Assembly (NCBI GenBank): GCA_002269645.1
Contig: NIVC01002626.1
Span: forward strand, 91,210 to 155,209
Length of the DNA: 64,000 bases
Direction of reading: 5' to 3'
From: Macrostomum lignano
Taxonomy: Eukaryota
The position numbers and the translations under genes were made by a program. A model generated the notes under the pieces. That model was not told the origin of the DNA. It worked only from the letters and a program-made list of their open reading frames with translations, and ran no database searches. Below are positions 18,101-33,100 of the stretch, one piece after another; position 1 is the first letter of the stretch, and each line of letters begins with the position of its first letter.

Positions 18101-21100
18101 AGAAGACAGTTGGAGTGAGTAGAAGACAGTTGGAGTGAGTAGGAGACAGTTGGAGTGAGTAGAAGACACTGGAGTGAGTAGAAGACACTGGAGTGATTAG
18201 AAGACAGTTGAGTGAGTAGAAGACAGTTGGGGTGATTAGGAGACACTGGAGTGAGTAGAAGACAGTTGAGTGAGTAGGAGACAGTTGTAGTGAGTAGGAG
18301 ACAGTTGGAGTGAGTAGGAGACAGTTGGAGTGAGTAGGAGACAGTTGGAGTGAGTAGGAGACAGTTGTAGTGAGTAGGAGACAGTTGGAGTGAGTAGAAG
18401 ACAGTTGGAGTGAGTAGGAGACAGTTGGAGTGAGTAGAAGACAGTTGGAGTGAGTAGGAGACAGTTGGAGTGAGTAGAAGACACTGGAGTGAGTAGAAGA
18501 CACTGGAGTGATTAGAAGACAGTTGAGTGAGTAGAAGACAGTTGAGTGATTAGGAGACAGTTGGAGTGAGTAGGAGACAGTTGGAGTGAGTAGGAGACAG
18601 TTGGAGTGAGTAGGAGACAGTTGGAGTGAGTAGAAGACAGTTAAGTGAGTAGGAGGCACTAAGGTGAGTAGAAGACACTGGAGTGATTAGAAGACAGTTG
18701 GAGTGAGTAGGAGACAGTTGGAGTGAGTAGGAGACAGTTGGAGTGAGTAGGAGACAGTTGGAGTGAGTAGGAGACAGTTGGAGTGAGTAGGAGACAGTTG
18801 GAGTGAGTAGGAGACAGTTGGAGTGAGTAGGAGACAGTTGGAGTGAGTAGGAGACAGTTGGAGTGAGTAGGAGACAGTTGGAGTGAGTAGGAGACAGTTG
18901 GAGTGAGAAGGAGACAGTTGGAGTGAGTAGGAGACAGTTGGAGTGAGTAGGAGACAGTTGGAGTGAATAGGAGACAGTTGGAGTGAGTAGGAGACAGTTG
19001 GAGTGAGTAGGAGACAGTTGGAGTGAGTAGGAGACAGTTGGAGTGAGTAGGAGACAGTTGGAGTGAGTAGGAGACAGTTGGAGTGAGTAGAAGACAGTTG
19101 GAGTGAGTAGGAGACAGTTGGAGTGAGTAGGAGACAGTTGGAGTGAGTAGGAGACAGTTGGAGTGAGTAGAAGACACTAGAGTGAGTAGAAGACACTGGA
19201 GTGAGTAGGAGACAGTTGGAGTGAGTAGGAAACAGTTGGAGTGAGTAGGAGACAGTTGGAGTGAGTAGAAGACACTGGAGTGATTAGAAGACAGTTGAGT
19301 GAGTAGGAGACAGTTGGAGTGAGTAGAAGACACTGGAGTGAGTAGAAGACACTGGAGTGAGTAGGAGACAGTTGGAGTGAGTAGGAGACAGTTGGAGTGA
19401 GTAGGAGACAGTTGGAGTGAGTAGGAGACAGTTGGAGTGAGTAGGAGACAGTTGGAGTGAGTAGGAGACAGTTGGAGTGAGTAGGAGACAGTTGGAGTGA
19501 GTAGGAGACAGTTGGAGTGAGTAGGAGACAGTTGGAGTGAGTAGGAGACAGTTGGAGTGAGTAGGAGACAGTTGGAGTGAGTAGAAGACAGTTGGAGTGA
19601 GTAGAAGACAGTTGGAGTGAGTAGGAGACAGTTGGAGTGAGTAGAAGACACTGGAGTGAGTAGAAGACACTGGAGTGATTAGAAGACAGTTGAGTGAGTA
19701 GAAGACAGTTGGGGTGATTAGGAGACACTGGAGTGAGTAGAAGACAGTTGAGTGAGTAGGAGACAGTTGTAGTGAGTAGGAGACAGTTGGAGTGAGTAGG
19801 AGACAGTTGGAGTGAGTAGGAGACAGTTGGAGTGAGTAGGAGACAGTTGAGTGAGTAGGAGACAGTTGGAGTGAGTAGAAGACACTGGAGTGAGTAGAAG
19901 ACACTGGAGTGAGTAGGAGACAGTTGGAGTGAGTAGGAGACAGTTGGAGTGAGTAGGAGACAGTTGTAGTGAGTAGGAGACAGTTGGAGTGAGTAGAAGA
20001 CAGTTGGAGTGAGTAGGAGACAGTTGGAGTGAGTAGAAGACAGTTGGAGTGAGTAGGAGACAGTTGGAGTGAGTAGAAGACACTGGAGTGAGTAGAAGAC
20101 ACTGGAGTGATTAGAAGACAGTTGAGTGAGTAGAAGACAGTTGGGGTGATTAGGAGACAGTTGGAGTGAGTAGGAGACAGTTGGAGTGAGTAGGAGGCAG
20201 TTGGAGTGAGTAGGAGTCAGTTGGAGTGAGTAGAAGACAGTTAAGTGAGTAGGAGGCACTAAGGTGAGTAGAAGACACTGGAGTGATTAGAAGACAGTTG
20301 GAGTGAGTAGGAGACAGTTGGAGTGAGTAGGAGACAGTTGGAGTGAGTAGGAGACAGTTGGAGTGAGTAGGAGACAGTTGGAGTGAGTAGGAGACAGTTG
20401 GAGTGAGTAGGAGACAGTTGGAGTGAGTAGGAGACAGTTGGAGTGAGTAGGAGACAGTTGGAGTGAGTAGGAGACAGTTGGAGTGAGTAGGAGACAGTTG
20501 GAGTGAGTAGGAGACAGTTGGAGTGAGTAGGAGACAGTTGGAGTGAGTAGGAGACAGTTGGAGTGAGTAGGAGACAGTTGGAGTGAATAGGAGACAGTTG
20601 GAGTGAGTAGGAGACAGTTAGAGTGAATAGGAGACAGTTGGAGTGAGTAGGAGACAGTTGGAGTGAGTAGGAGACAGTTGGAGTGAGTAGGAGACAGTTG
20701 GAGTGAGTAGAAGACAGTTGGAGTGAGTGGGAGACAGTTGGAGTGAGTAGGAGACAGTTGGAGTGAGTAGGAGACAGTTGGAGTGAGTAGAAGACACTAG
20801 AGTGAGTAGAAGACACTGGAGTGAGTAGGAGACAGTTGGAGTGAGTAGGAGACAGTTGGAGTGAGTAGGAGACAGTTGGAGTGAGTAGAAGACACTGGAG
20901 TGATTAGAAGACAGTTGAGTGAGTAGGAGACAGTTGGAGTGAGTAGAAGACACTGGAGTGAGTAGAAGACACTGGAGTGAGTAGGAGACAGTTGGAGTGA
21001 GTAGGAGACAGTTGGAGTGAGTAGGAGACAGTTGGAGTGAGTAGGAGACAGTTGGAGTGAGTAGGAGACAGTTGGAGTGAGTAGGAGACAGTTGGAGTGA

Positions 21101-24100
21101 GTACGAGACAGTTGGAGTGAGTAGGAGACAGTTGGAGTGAGTAGGAGACAGTTGGAGTGAGTAGGAGACAGTTGGAGTGAGTAGGAGACAGTTGGAGTGA
21201 GTAGAAGACAGTTGGAGTGAGTAGAAGACAGTTGGAGTGAGTAGGAGACAGTTGGAGTGAGTAGAAGACACTGGAGTGAGTAGAAGACACTGGAGTGATT
21301 AGAAGACAGTTGAGTGAGTAGAAGACAGTTGGGGTGATTAGGAGACACTGGAGTGAGTAGAAGACAGTTGAGTAAGTAGGAGACAGTTGTAGTGAGTAGG
21401 AGACAGTTGGAGTGAGTAGGAGACAGTTGGAGTGAGTAGGAGACAGTTGGAGTGAGTAGAAGACAGTTGAGTGAGTAGGAGACAGTTGGAGTGAGTAGAA
21501 GACACTGGAGTGAGTAGAAGACACTGGAGTGAGTAGGAGACAGTTGGAGTGAGTAGGAGACAGTTGGAGTGAGTAGGAGACAGTTGTAGTGAGTAGGAGA
21601 CAGTTGGAGTGAGTAGAAGACAGTTGGAGTGAGTAGGAGACAGTTGGAGTGAGTAGAAGACAGTTGGAGTGAGTAGGAGACAGTTGGAGTGAGTAGTAGA
21701 AGACACTGGAGTGATTAGGACAGTGAGTAGTAGAAGACAGTTGGGTGATTAGGAGACAGTTGGAGTGAGTAGGAGACAGTTGGAGTGAGTAGGAGACAGT
21801 TGGAGTGAGTAGGAGACAGTTGGAGTGAGTAGAAGACAGTTGGAGTGAGTAGTAGAAGACACTGGAGTGATTAGAAGACAGTGAGTGAGTAGAAGACAGT
21901 TGAGTGATAGAAGACAGTTGGAGTGAGTAGGAGACAGTTGGAGTGAGTAGGAGACAGTTGGAGTGAGTAGGAGACAGTTGGAGTGAGTAGGAGACAGTTG
22001 GAGTGAGTAGGAGACAGTTGGAGTGAGTAGGAGACAGTTGGAGTGAGTAGAAGACAGTTGGAGTGAGTAGGAGACAGTTGGAGTGAGTAGAAGACACTGG
22101 AGTGAGTAGAAGACACTGGAGTGATTAGAAGACAGTTGAGTGAGTAGAAGACAGTTGGGTGATTAGGAGACACTGGAGTGAGTAGAAGACAGTTGAGTGA
22201 GTAGGAGACAGTTGTAGTGAGTAGGAGACAGTTGGAGTGAGTAGGAGACAGTTGGAGTGAGTAGGAGACAGTTGGAGTGAGTAGGAGACAGTTGTAGTGA
22301 GTAGGAGACAGTTGGAGTGAGTAGAAGACAGTTGGAGTGAGTAGGAGACAGTTGGAGTGAGTAGAAGACAGTTGGAGTGAGTAGGAGACAGTTGGAGTGA
22401 GTAGAAGACACTGGAGTGAGTAGAAGACACTGGAGTGATTAGAAGACAGTTGAGTGAGTAGAAGACAGTTGGGGTGATTAGGAGACAGTTGGAGTGAGTA
22501 GGAGACAGTTGGAGTGAGTAGGAGACAGTTGGAGTGAGTAGGAGACAGTTGGAGTGAGTAGAAGACAGTTAAGTGAGTAGGAGGCACTAAGGTGAGTAGA
22601 AGACACTGGAGTGATTAGAAGACAGTTGGAGTGAGTAGGAGACAGTTGGAGTGAGTAGGAGACAGTTGGAGTGAGTAGGAGACAGTTGGAGTGAGTAGGA
22701 GACAGTTGGAGTGAGTAGGAGACAGTTGGAGTGAGTAGGAGACAGTTGGAGTGAGTAGGAGACAGTTGGAGTGAGTAGGAGACAGTTGGAGTGAGTAGGA
22801 GACAGTTGGAGTGAGTAGGAGACAGTTGGAGTGAGAAGGAGACAGTTGGAGTGAGTAGGAGACAGTTGGAGTGAGTAGGAGACAGTTGGAGTGAATAGGA
22901 GACAGTTGGAGTGAGTAGGAGACAGTTGGAGTGAGTAGGAGACAGTTGGAGTGAGTAGGAGACAGTTGGAGTGAGTAGGAGACAGTTGGAGTGAGTAGGA
23001 GACAGTTGGAGTGAGTAGAAGACAGTTGGAGTGAGTGGAGACAGTTGGAGTGAGTAGGAGACAGTTGGAGTGAGTAGGAGACAGTTGGAGTGAGTAGAAG
23101 ACACTAGAGTGAGTAGAAGACACTGGAGTGAGTAGGAGACAGTTGGAGTGAGTAGGAAACAGTTGGAGTGAGTAGGAGACAGTTGGAGTGAGTAGAAGAC
23201 ACTGGAGTGATTAGAAGACAGTTGAGTGAGTAGGAGACAGTTGGAGTGAGTAGAAGACACTGGAGTGAGTAGAAGACACTGGAGTGAGTAGGAGACAGTT
23301 GGAGTGAGTAGGAGACAGTTGGAGTGAGTAGGAGACAGTTGGAGTGAGTAGGAGACAGTTGGAGTGAGTAGGAGACAGTTGGAGTGAGTAGGAGACAGTT
23401 GGAGTGAGTAGGAGACAGTTGGAGTGAGTAGGAGACAGTTGGAGTGAGTAGGAGACAGTTGGAGTGAGTAGGAGACAGTTGGAGTGAGTAGGAGACAGTT
23501 GGAGTGAGTAGAAGACAGTTGGAGTGAGTAGAAGACAGTTGGAGTGAGTAGGAGACAGTTGGAGTGAGTAGAAGACACTGGAGTGAGTAGAAGACACTGG
23601 AGTGATTAGAAGACAGTTGAGTGAGTAGAAGACAGTTGGGTGATTAGGAGACACTGGAGTGAGTAGAAGACAGTTGAGTGAGTAGGAGACAGTTGTAGTG
23701 AGTAGGAGACAGTTGGAGTGAGTAGGAGACAGTTGGAGTGAGTAGGAGACAGTTGGAGTGAGTAGGAGACAGTTGAGTGAGTAGGAGACAGTTGGAGTGA
23801 GTAGAAGACACTGGAGTGAGTAGAAGACACTGGATTGAGTAGGAGACAGTTGGAGTGAGTAGGAGACAGTTGGAGTGAGTAGGAGACAGTTGTAGTGAGT
23901 AGGAGACAGTTGGAGTGAGTAGAAGACAGTTGGAGTGAGTAGGAGACAGTTGGAGTGAGTAGAAGACAGTTGGAGTGAGTAGGAGACAGTTGGAGTGAGT
24001 AGAAGACACTGGAGTGAGTAGAAGACACTGGAGTGATTAGAAGACAGTTGAGTGAGTAGAAGACAGTTGGGTGATTAGGAGACAGTTGGAGTGAGTAGGA

Positions 24101-27100
24101 GACAGTTGGAGTGAGTAGGAGGCAGTTGGAGTGAGTAGGAGTCAGTTGGAGTGAGTAGAAGACAGTTAAGTGAGTAGGAGGCACTAAGGTGAGTAGAAGA
24201 CACTGGAGTGATTAGAAGACAGTTGGAGTGAGTAGGAGACAGTTGGAGTGAGTAGGAGACAGTTGGAGTGAGTAGGAGACACAGTGAGTAGGAGACAGTT
24301 GGAGTGAGTAGGAGACAGTTGGAGTGAGTAGGAGACAGTTGGAGTGAGTAGGAGACAGTTGGAGTGAGTAGGAGACAGTTGGAGTGAGTAGGAGACAGTT
24401 GGAGTGAGTAGGAGACAGTTGGAGTGAGTAGGAGACAGTTGGAGTGAGTAGGAGACAGTTGGAGTGAGTAGGAGACAGTTGGAGTGAGTAGGAGACAGTT
24501 GGAGTGAGTAGGAGACAGTTGGAGTGAGTAGGAGACAGTTGGAGTGAATAGGAGACAGTTGGAGTGAGTAGGAGACAGTTGGAGTGAGTAGGAGACAGTT
24601 GGAGTGAGTAGGAGACAGTTGGAGTGAGTAGGAGACAGTTGGAGTGAGTAGGAGACAGTTGGAGTGAGTAGGAGACAGTTGGAGTGAGTAGGAGACAGTT
24701 GGAGTGAGTAGAGACAGTTGGAGTGAGTAGAGACAGTTGGAGTGAGTAGGAGACAGTTGGAGTGAGTAGGAGACAGTTGGAGTGAGTAGGAGACAGTTGG
24801 AGTGAGTAGGAGACAGTTGGAGTGAGTAGGAGACAGTTGGAGTGAGTAGAGACAGTTGGAGTGAGTAGAGACAGTTGGAGTGAGTAGAGACAGTTGGAGT
24901 GAGTAGAAGACACTGGAGTGAGTAGAAGACAGTTGGAGTGAGTAGGAGACAGTTGGAGTGAGTAGGAGACAGTTGGAGTGAGTAGGAGACAGTTGGAGTG
25001 AGTAGGAGACAGTTGGAGTGAGTAGGAGACAGTTGGAGTGAGTAGGAGACAGTTGGAGTGAGTAGGAGACAGTTGGAGTGAGTAGGAGACAGTTGGAGTG
25101 AGTAGGAGACAGTTGGAGTGAGTAGGAGACAGTTGGAGTGAGTAGGAGACAGTTGGAGTGAGTAGGAGACAGTTGGAGTGAGTAGGAGACAGTTGGAGTG
25201 AGTAGGAGACAGTTGGAGTGAGTAGAGACAGTTGGAGTGAGTAGAGACAGTTGGAGTGAGTAGAAGACAGTTGGAGTGAGTAGAAGACAGTGGAGTGAGT
25301 AGAGACAGTTGAGTGAGTAGAAGACAGTTGGAGTGAGTAGGAGACAGTTGGAGTGAGTAGGAGACAGTTGGAGTGAGTAGGAGACAGTTGGAGTGAGTAG
25401 GAGACAGTTGGAGTGAGTAGAGACAGTTGGAGTGAGTAGGAGACAGTTGGAGTGAGTAGAAGACAGTTGGAGTGAGTAGAAGACAGTTGGAGTGAGTAGG
25501 AGACAGTTGGAGTGAGTAGAAGACAGTGGAGTGAGTAGGAGACAGTTGGAGTGAGTAGGAGACAGTTGGAGTGAGTAGGAGACAGTTGGAGTGAGTAGGA
25601 GACAGTTGGAGTGAGTAGGAGACAGTTGGAGTGAGTAGAAGACAGTTGGAGTGAGTAGAAGACAGTTGGAGTGAGTAGAAGACAGTTGGAGTGAGTAGAA
25701 GACAGTTGGAGTGAGTAGAAGACAGTTGGAGTGAGTAGAAGACAGTTGGAGTGAGTAGGAGACAGTTGGAGTGAGTAGGAGACAGTTGGAGTGAGTAGGA
25801 GACAGTTGGAGTGAGTAGGAGACAGTTGGAGTGAGTAGGAGACAGTTGGAGTGAGTAGAAGACAGTTGGAGTGAGTAGAAGACAGTTGGAGTGAGTAGAA
25901 GACAGTTGGAGTGAGTAGGAGACAGTTGGAGTGAGTAGGAGACAGTTGGAGTGAGTAGGAGACAGTTGGAGTGAGTAGGAGACAGTTGGAGTGAGTAGGA
26001 GACAGTTGGAGTGAGTAGGAGACAGTTGGAGTGAGTAGGAGACAGTTGGAGTGAGTAGGAGACAGTTGGAGTGAGTAGGAGACAGTTGGAGTGAGTAGGA
26101 GACAGTTGGAGTGAGTAGGAGACAGTTGGAGTGAGTAGGAGACAGTTGGAGTGAGTAGGAGACAGTTGGAGTGAGTAGGAGACAGTTGGAGTGAGTAGGA
26201 GACAGTTGGAGTGAGTAGGAGACAGTTGGAGTGAGTAGGAGACAGTTGGAGTGAGTAGGAGACAGTTGGAGTGAGTAGGAGACAGTTGGAGTGAGTAGGA
26301 GACAGTTGGAGTGAGTAGAAGACAGTTGGAGTGAGTAGGAGACAGTTGGAGTGAGTAGGAAGACAGTTGGAGTGAGTAGGAGACAGTTGGAGTGAGTAGG
26401 AGACAGTTGGAGTGAGTAGGAGACAGTTGGAGTGAGTAGGAGACAGTTGGAGTGAGTAGGAGACAGTTGGAGTGAGTAGGAGACAGTTGGAGTGAGTAGA
26501 GACAGTTGGAGTGAGTAGGAGACAGTTGGAGTGAGTAGGAGACAGTTGGAGTGAGTAGGAGACAGTTGGAGTGAGTAGGAGACAGTTGGAGTGAGTAGGA
26601 GACAGTTGGAGTGAGTAGGAGACAGTTGGAGTGAGTAGGAGACAGTTGGAGTGAGTAGGAAGACAGTTGGAGTGAGTAGGAGACAGTTGGAGTGAGTAGA
26701 GACAGTTGGAGTGAGTAGAAGACAGTTGAGTGAGTAGGAGACAGTTGGAGTGAGTAGGAGACAGTTGGAGTGAGTAGGAGACAGTTGGAGTGAGTAGGAG
26801 ACAGTTGGAGTGAGTAGGAGACAGTTGGAGTGAGTAGGAGACAGTTGGAGTGAGTAGGAGACAGTTGGAGTGAGTAGAGACAGTTGGAGTGAGTAGGAGA
26901 CAGTTGGAGTGAGTAGGAAACAGTTGGAGTGAGTAGGAGACAGTTGGAGTGAGTAGAAGACACTGGAGTAAGTAGAAGACACTGGAGTGATTAGGAAGAC
27001 AGTTAGTGAGTAGAAGACAGTTGGGGTGATTAGGAGACAGTTGGAGTAAGTAGTAGACAGTTGGAGTGAGTAGGAGACAGTTGGAGTGAGTAGGAGACAG

Positions 27101-30100
27101 TTGGAGTGAGTAGACAGTTAGTGAGTAGGAGGCACTAAGGTGAGTAGAAGACACTGGAGTGATTAGAAGACAGTTGAGTGAGTAGAAGACAGTTGGAGTG
27201 AGTAGAAGACACTGGAGTGAGTAGAAGACAGTTGAGAGAGTAGGAGACAGTTGTAGTGAGTAGGAGACAGTTGGAGTGAGTAGGAGACAGTTGGAGTGAG
27301 TAGAAGACAGTTGAGTGAGTAGGAGACAGTTGGAGTGAGTAGAAGACACTGGAGTGAGTAGAAGACACTGGAGTGAGTAGGAGACAGTTGGAGTGAGTAG
27401 GAGACAGTTGGAGTGAGTAGGAGACAGTTGGAGTGAGTAGGAGACAGTTGGAGTGAGTAGGAGACAGTTGGAGTGAGTAGGAGACAGTTGGAGTGAGTAG
27501 GAGACAGTTGGAGTGAGTAGAAGACAGTTGGAGTGAATAGGAGACAGTTGGAGTGAGTAGGAGACAGTTGGAGTGAGTAGGAGACAGTTGGAGTGAGTAG
27601 GAGACAGTTGGAGTGAGTAGGAGACAGTTGGAGTGAGTAGGAGACAGTTGGAGTGAGTAGAAGACAGTTGGAGTGAGTAGAAGACAGTTGGAGTGAGTGG
27701 GAGACAGTTGGAGTGAGTAGGAGACAGTTGTAGTGAGTAGGAGACAGTTGGAGTGAGTAGGAGACAGTTGGAGTGAGTAGGAGACAGTTGGAGTGAGTAG
27801 AAGACAGTTGAGTGAGTAGGAGACAGTTGGAATGAGTAGAAGACACTGGAGTGAGTAGAAGACACTGGAGTGAGTAGGAGACAGTTGTAGTGAGTAGGAG
27901 ACAGTTGGAGTGAGTAGAAGACAGTTGGAGTGAGTAGGAGACAGTTGGAGTGAGTAGAAGACAGTTGGAGTGAGTAGGAGACAGTTGGAGTGAGTAGAAG
28001 ACACTGGAGTGAGTAGAAGACAGTTGAGAGAGTAGGAGACAGTTGTAGTGAGTAGGAGACAGTTGGAGTGAGTAGGAGACAGTTGGAGTGAGTAGGAGAC
28101 AGTTGGAGTGAGTAGAAGACAGTTGAGTGAGTAGGAGACAGTTGGAGTGAGTAGAAGACACTGGAGTGAGTAGAAGACACTGGAGTGAGTAGGAGAAAGT
28201 TGGAGTGAGTAGGAGACAGTTGGAGTGAGTAGGAGACAGTTGTAGTGAGTAGGAGACAGTTGGAGTGAGTAGAAGACAGTTGGAGTGAGTAGGAGACAGT
28301 TGGAGTGAGTAGAAGACAGTTGGAGTGAGTAGGAGACAGTTGGAGTGAGTAGAAGACACTGGAGTGAGTAGAAGACACTGGAGTGATTAGAAGACAGTTG
28401 AGTGAGTAGAAGACAGTTGGGTGATAGGAGACAGTTGGAGTGAGTAGGAGACAGTTGGAGTGAGTAGGAGACAGTTGGAGTGAGTAGGAGACAGTTGGAG
28501 TGAGTAGGAGACAGTTGGAGTGAGTAGAAGACACTGGAGTGAGTAGAAGACACTGGAGTGAGTAGGAGACAGTTGGAGTGAGTAGGAGACAGTTGGAGTG
28601 AGTAGGAGACAGTTGGAGTGAGTAGGAGACAGTTGTAGTGAGTAGGAGACAGTTGGAGTGAGTAGGAGACAGTTGAGTGAGTAGGAGACAGTTGGAGTGA
28701 GTAGGAGACAGTTGGAGTGAGTAGGAGACAGTTGGAGTGAGTAGGAGACAGTTGGAGTGAGTAGAAGACAGTTGAGTGAGTAGGAGACAGTTGGAGTGAG
28801 TAGAAGACACTGGAGTGAGTAGTAGACACTGGAGTGAGTAGGAGACAGTTGGAGTGAGTAGGAGACAGTTGGAGTGAGTAGGAGACAGTTGTAGTGAGTA
28901 GGAGACAGTTGGAGTGAGTAGGAGACAGTTGGAGTGAGTAAGAGACAGTTGGAGTGAGTAGGAGACAGTTGGAGTGAGTAGAAGACACTGGAGTGAGTAG
29001 AAGACACTGGAGTGATTAGAAGACAGTTGAGTGAGTAGAAGACAGTTGGGGTGATTAGGAGACAGTTGGAGTGAGTAGGAGACAGTTGGAGTGAGTAGGA
29101 GACAGTTGGAGTGAGTAGGAGACAGTTGGAGTGAGTAGAAGACAGTTAAGTGAGTAGGAGGCACTAAGGTGAGTAGAAGACACTGGAGTGATTAGAAGAC
29201 AGTTGAGTGAGTAGAAGACAGTTGGAGTGAGTAGGAGGCAGTTGGAGTGAGTAGAAGACACTGGAGTGAGTAGAAGACAGTTGGAGTGAGTAGGAGACAG
29301 TTGGAGTGAGTAAGAGACAGTTGGAGTGAGTAGGAGACAGTTGGAGTGAGTAGAAGACACTGGAGTGAGTAGAAGACACTGGAGTGATTAGAAGACAGTT
29401 GAGTGAGTAGAAGACAGTTGGGGTGATTAGGAGACAGTTGGAGTGAGTAGGAGACAGTTGGAGTGAGTAGGAGACAGTTGGAGTGAGTAGGAGACAGTTG
29501 GAGTGAGTAGAAGACAGTTAAGTGAGTAGGAGGCACTAAGGTGAGTAGAAGACACTGGAGTGATTAGAAGACAGTTGAGTGAGTAGAAGACAGTTGGAGT
29601 GAGTAGGAGGCAGTTGGAGTGAGTAGAAGACACTGGAGTGAGTAGAAGACAGTTGGAGTGAGTAGGAGGCAGTTGGAGTGATGAGAAGACAGTTGGAGTG
29701 AGTAGGAGACAGTTGGAGTGAGTAGGAGGCAGTTGGAGTGAGTAGAAGACACTGGAGTGAGTAGAAGGCAGTTGGAGTGATTAGAAGACAGTTGGAGTGA
29801 GTAGGAGGCAGTTGGAGTGATTAGAAGACAGTTGGAGTGAGTAGGAGACAGTTGGAGTGAGTAGGAGGCAGTTGGAGTGAGTCGAAGACACTGGAGTGAG
29901 TAGAAGGCAGTTGGAGTGAGTAGAAGACACTGGAGTGATTAGAAGACAGTTGAGTGAGTAGAAGACAGTTGAGTGAGTAGGAGACAGTTGGAGTGAGTAG
30001 AAGACAGTTGAGTGAGTAGGAGACAGTTGGAGTGAGTAGAAGGCAGTTGGAGTGAGTAGAAGACACTGAGGTGAGTAGAAGACACTGGAGTGATTAGAAG

Positions 30101-33100
30101 ACAGTTGAGTGAGTAGGAGACAGTTGGAGTGAGTAGAAGACACGGAGGTGAGTAGAAGACACTGGAGTGAGTAGAAGACACTGGAGTGAGTAGAAGACAG
30201 TTGAGTGAGTAGGAGACAGTTGGAGTTATTAGAAGACAGTTGGAGTGAGTAGGAGACAGTTGGAGTGAGTAGAAGACACTGGAGTGAGTAGAAGACACTG
30301 GAGTGAGTAGAAGGCAGTTGGAGTGATTAGAAGACAGTTGGAGTGAGTAGGAGGCAGTTGGAGTGAGTAGAAGACACTGGAGTGGGTAGAAGGCAGTTGG
30401 AGTGATTAGAAGACACTGGAGTGAGTAGAAGACAGTTGGAGTGAGTAGAAGACACTGGAGTGAGTAGAAGACACTGGAGTGAGTAGGAGACAGTTGGAGT
30501 GAGTAGGAGACACTGGAGTGAGTAGAAGACACTGGAGTGAGTAGGAGACAGTTGGAGTGAGTAGGAGACAGTTGGAGTGAGTAGGAGACAGTTGGAGTGA
30601 GTAGGAGACAGTTGTAGTGAGTAGGAGACAGTTGGAGTGAGTAGGAGACAGTTGTAGTGAGTAGGAGACAGTTGGAGTGAGTAGGAGACAGTTGGAGTGA
30701 GTAGGAGACAGTTGGAGTGAGTAGGAGACAGTTGGAGTGAGTAGAAGACAGTTGAGTGAGTAGGAGACAGTTGGAGTGAGTAGAAGACACTGGAGTGAGT
30801 AGTAGACACTGGAGTGAGTAGGAGACAGTTGGAGTGAGTAGGAGACAGTTGGAGTGAGTAGGAGACAGTTGTAGTGAGTAGGAGACAGTTGGAGTGAGTA
30901 GGAGACAGTTGGAGTGAGTAAGAGACAGTTGGAGTGAGTAGGAGACAGTTGGAGTGAGTAGAAGACACTGGAGTGAGTAGAAGACACTGGAGTGATTAGA
31001 AGACAGTTAAGTGAGTAGAAGACAGTTGGGTGATTAGGAGACAGTTGGAGTGAGTAGGAGACAGTTGGAGTGAGTAGGAGACAGTTGGAGTGAGTAGGAG
31101 ACAGTTGGAGTGAGTAGAAGACAGTTAGTGAGTAGGAGACACTGGAGTGAGTAGAAGACAGTTGGAGTGAGTAGAAGACAGTTGGAGTGAGTAGAAGACA
31201 GTTGGAGTGAGTAGAGACAGTTGGAGTGAGTAGAAGACAGTTGGAGTGAGTAGAGACAGTTGGAGTGAGTAGGAGACAGTTGGAGTGAGTAGAGACAGTT
31301 GGAGTGAGTAGAAGACACTGGAGTGAGTAGAAGACAGTGGAGTGAGTAGAAGACAGTTGGGTGATTAGAAGACAGTTGGAGTGAGTAGGAGACAGTTGGA
31401 GTGAGTAGGAGACAGTTGGAGTGAGTAGGAGACAGTTGGAGTGAGTAGGAAGACAGTTAGTGAGTAGGAGGCACTAAGGTGAGTAGAAGACACTGGAGTG
31501 ATAGAAGACAGTTGAGTGAGTAGAAGACAGTTGGAGTGAGTAGGAGGCAGTTGGAGTGAGTAGAAGACACTGGAGTGAGTAGAAGACAGTTGGAGTGAGT
31601 AGGAGGCAGTTGGAGTGATGAGAAGACAGTTGGAGTGAGTAGGAGACAGTTGGAGTGAGTAGGAGGCAGTTGGAGTGAGTAGAAGACACTGGAGTGAGTA
31701 GAAGGCAGTTGGAGTGATTAGAAGACAGTTGGAGTGAGTAGGAGGCAGTTGGAGTGATTAGAAGACAGTTGGAGTGAGTAGGAGACAGTTGGAGTGAGTA
31801 GGAGGCAGTTGGAGTGAGTAGAAGACACTGGAGTGAGTAGAAGGCAGTTGGAGTGAGTAGAAGACACTGGAGTGATTAGAAGACAGTTGAGTGAGTAGAA
31901 GACAGTTGAGTGAGTAGGAGACAGTTGGAGTGAGTAGAAGACAGTTGAGTGAGTAGGAGACAGTTGGAGTGAGTAGAAGGCAGTTGGAGTGAGTAGAAGA
32001 CACTGAGGTGAGTAGAAGACACTGGAGTGATTAGAAGACAGTTGAGTGAGTAGGAGACAGTTGGAGTGAGTAGAAGGCAGTTGGAGTGAGTAGAAGACAC
32101 GGAGGTGAGTAGAAGACACTGGAGTGAGTAGAAGACACTGGAGTGAGTAGAAGACAGTTGAGTGAGTAGGAGACAGTTGGAGTTATTAGAAGACAGTTGG
32201 AGTGAGTAGGAGACAGTTGGAGTGAGTAGAAGACACTGGAGTGAGTAGAAGACACTGGAGTGAGTAGAAGGCAGTTGGAGTGATTAGAAGACAGTTGGAG
32301 TGAGTAGGAGGCAGTTGGAGTGAGTAGAAGACACTGGAGTGGGTAGAAGGCAGTTGGAGTGATTAGAAGACACTGGAGTGAGTAGAAGACAGTTGGAGTG
32401 AGTAGAAGACACTGGAGTGAGTAGAAGACACTGGAGTGAGTAGGAGACAGTTGGAGTGAGTAGGAGACAGTTGGAGTGAGTAGGAGACAGTTGGAGTGAG
32501 TAGGAGACAGTTGGAGTGAGTAGGAGACAGTTGGAGTGAGTAGGAGACAGTTGGAGTGAGTAGGAGACAGTTGGAGTGAGTAGGAGACAGTTGGAGTGAG
32601 TAGAAGACAGTTGGAGTGAGTAGGAGACAGTTGGAGTGAGTAGAAGACAGTTGGAGTGAGTGGGAGACAGTTGGAGTGAGTGGGAGACAGTTGGAGTGAG
32701 TAGGAGACAGTTGGAGTGAGTAGAAGACAGTTGGAGTGAGTAGAAGACACTGGAGTGAGTAGAAGACACTGGAGTGAGTAGGAGACAGTTGGAGTGAGTA
32801 GGAGACAGTTGGAGTGAGTAGGAGACAGTTGGAGTGAGTAGGAGACAGTTGGAGTGAGTAGAAGACAGTTGGAGTGAGTAGAAGACACTGGAGTGAGTAG
32901 AAGACACTGGAAAGAGTAGGAGACAGTTGGAGTGAGTAGGAGACAGTTGGAGTGAGTAGGAGACAGTTGGAGTGAGTAGGAGACAGTTGGAGTGATTAGG
33001 AGACAGTTGGAGTGAGTAGGAGACAGTTGGAGTGAGTAGGAGACAGTTGGAGTGAGTAGGAGACAGTTGGAGTGAGTAGGAGACAGTTGAAGTGAGTAGG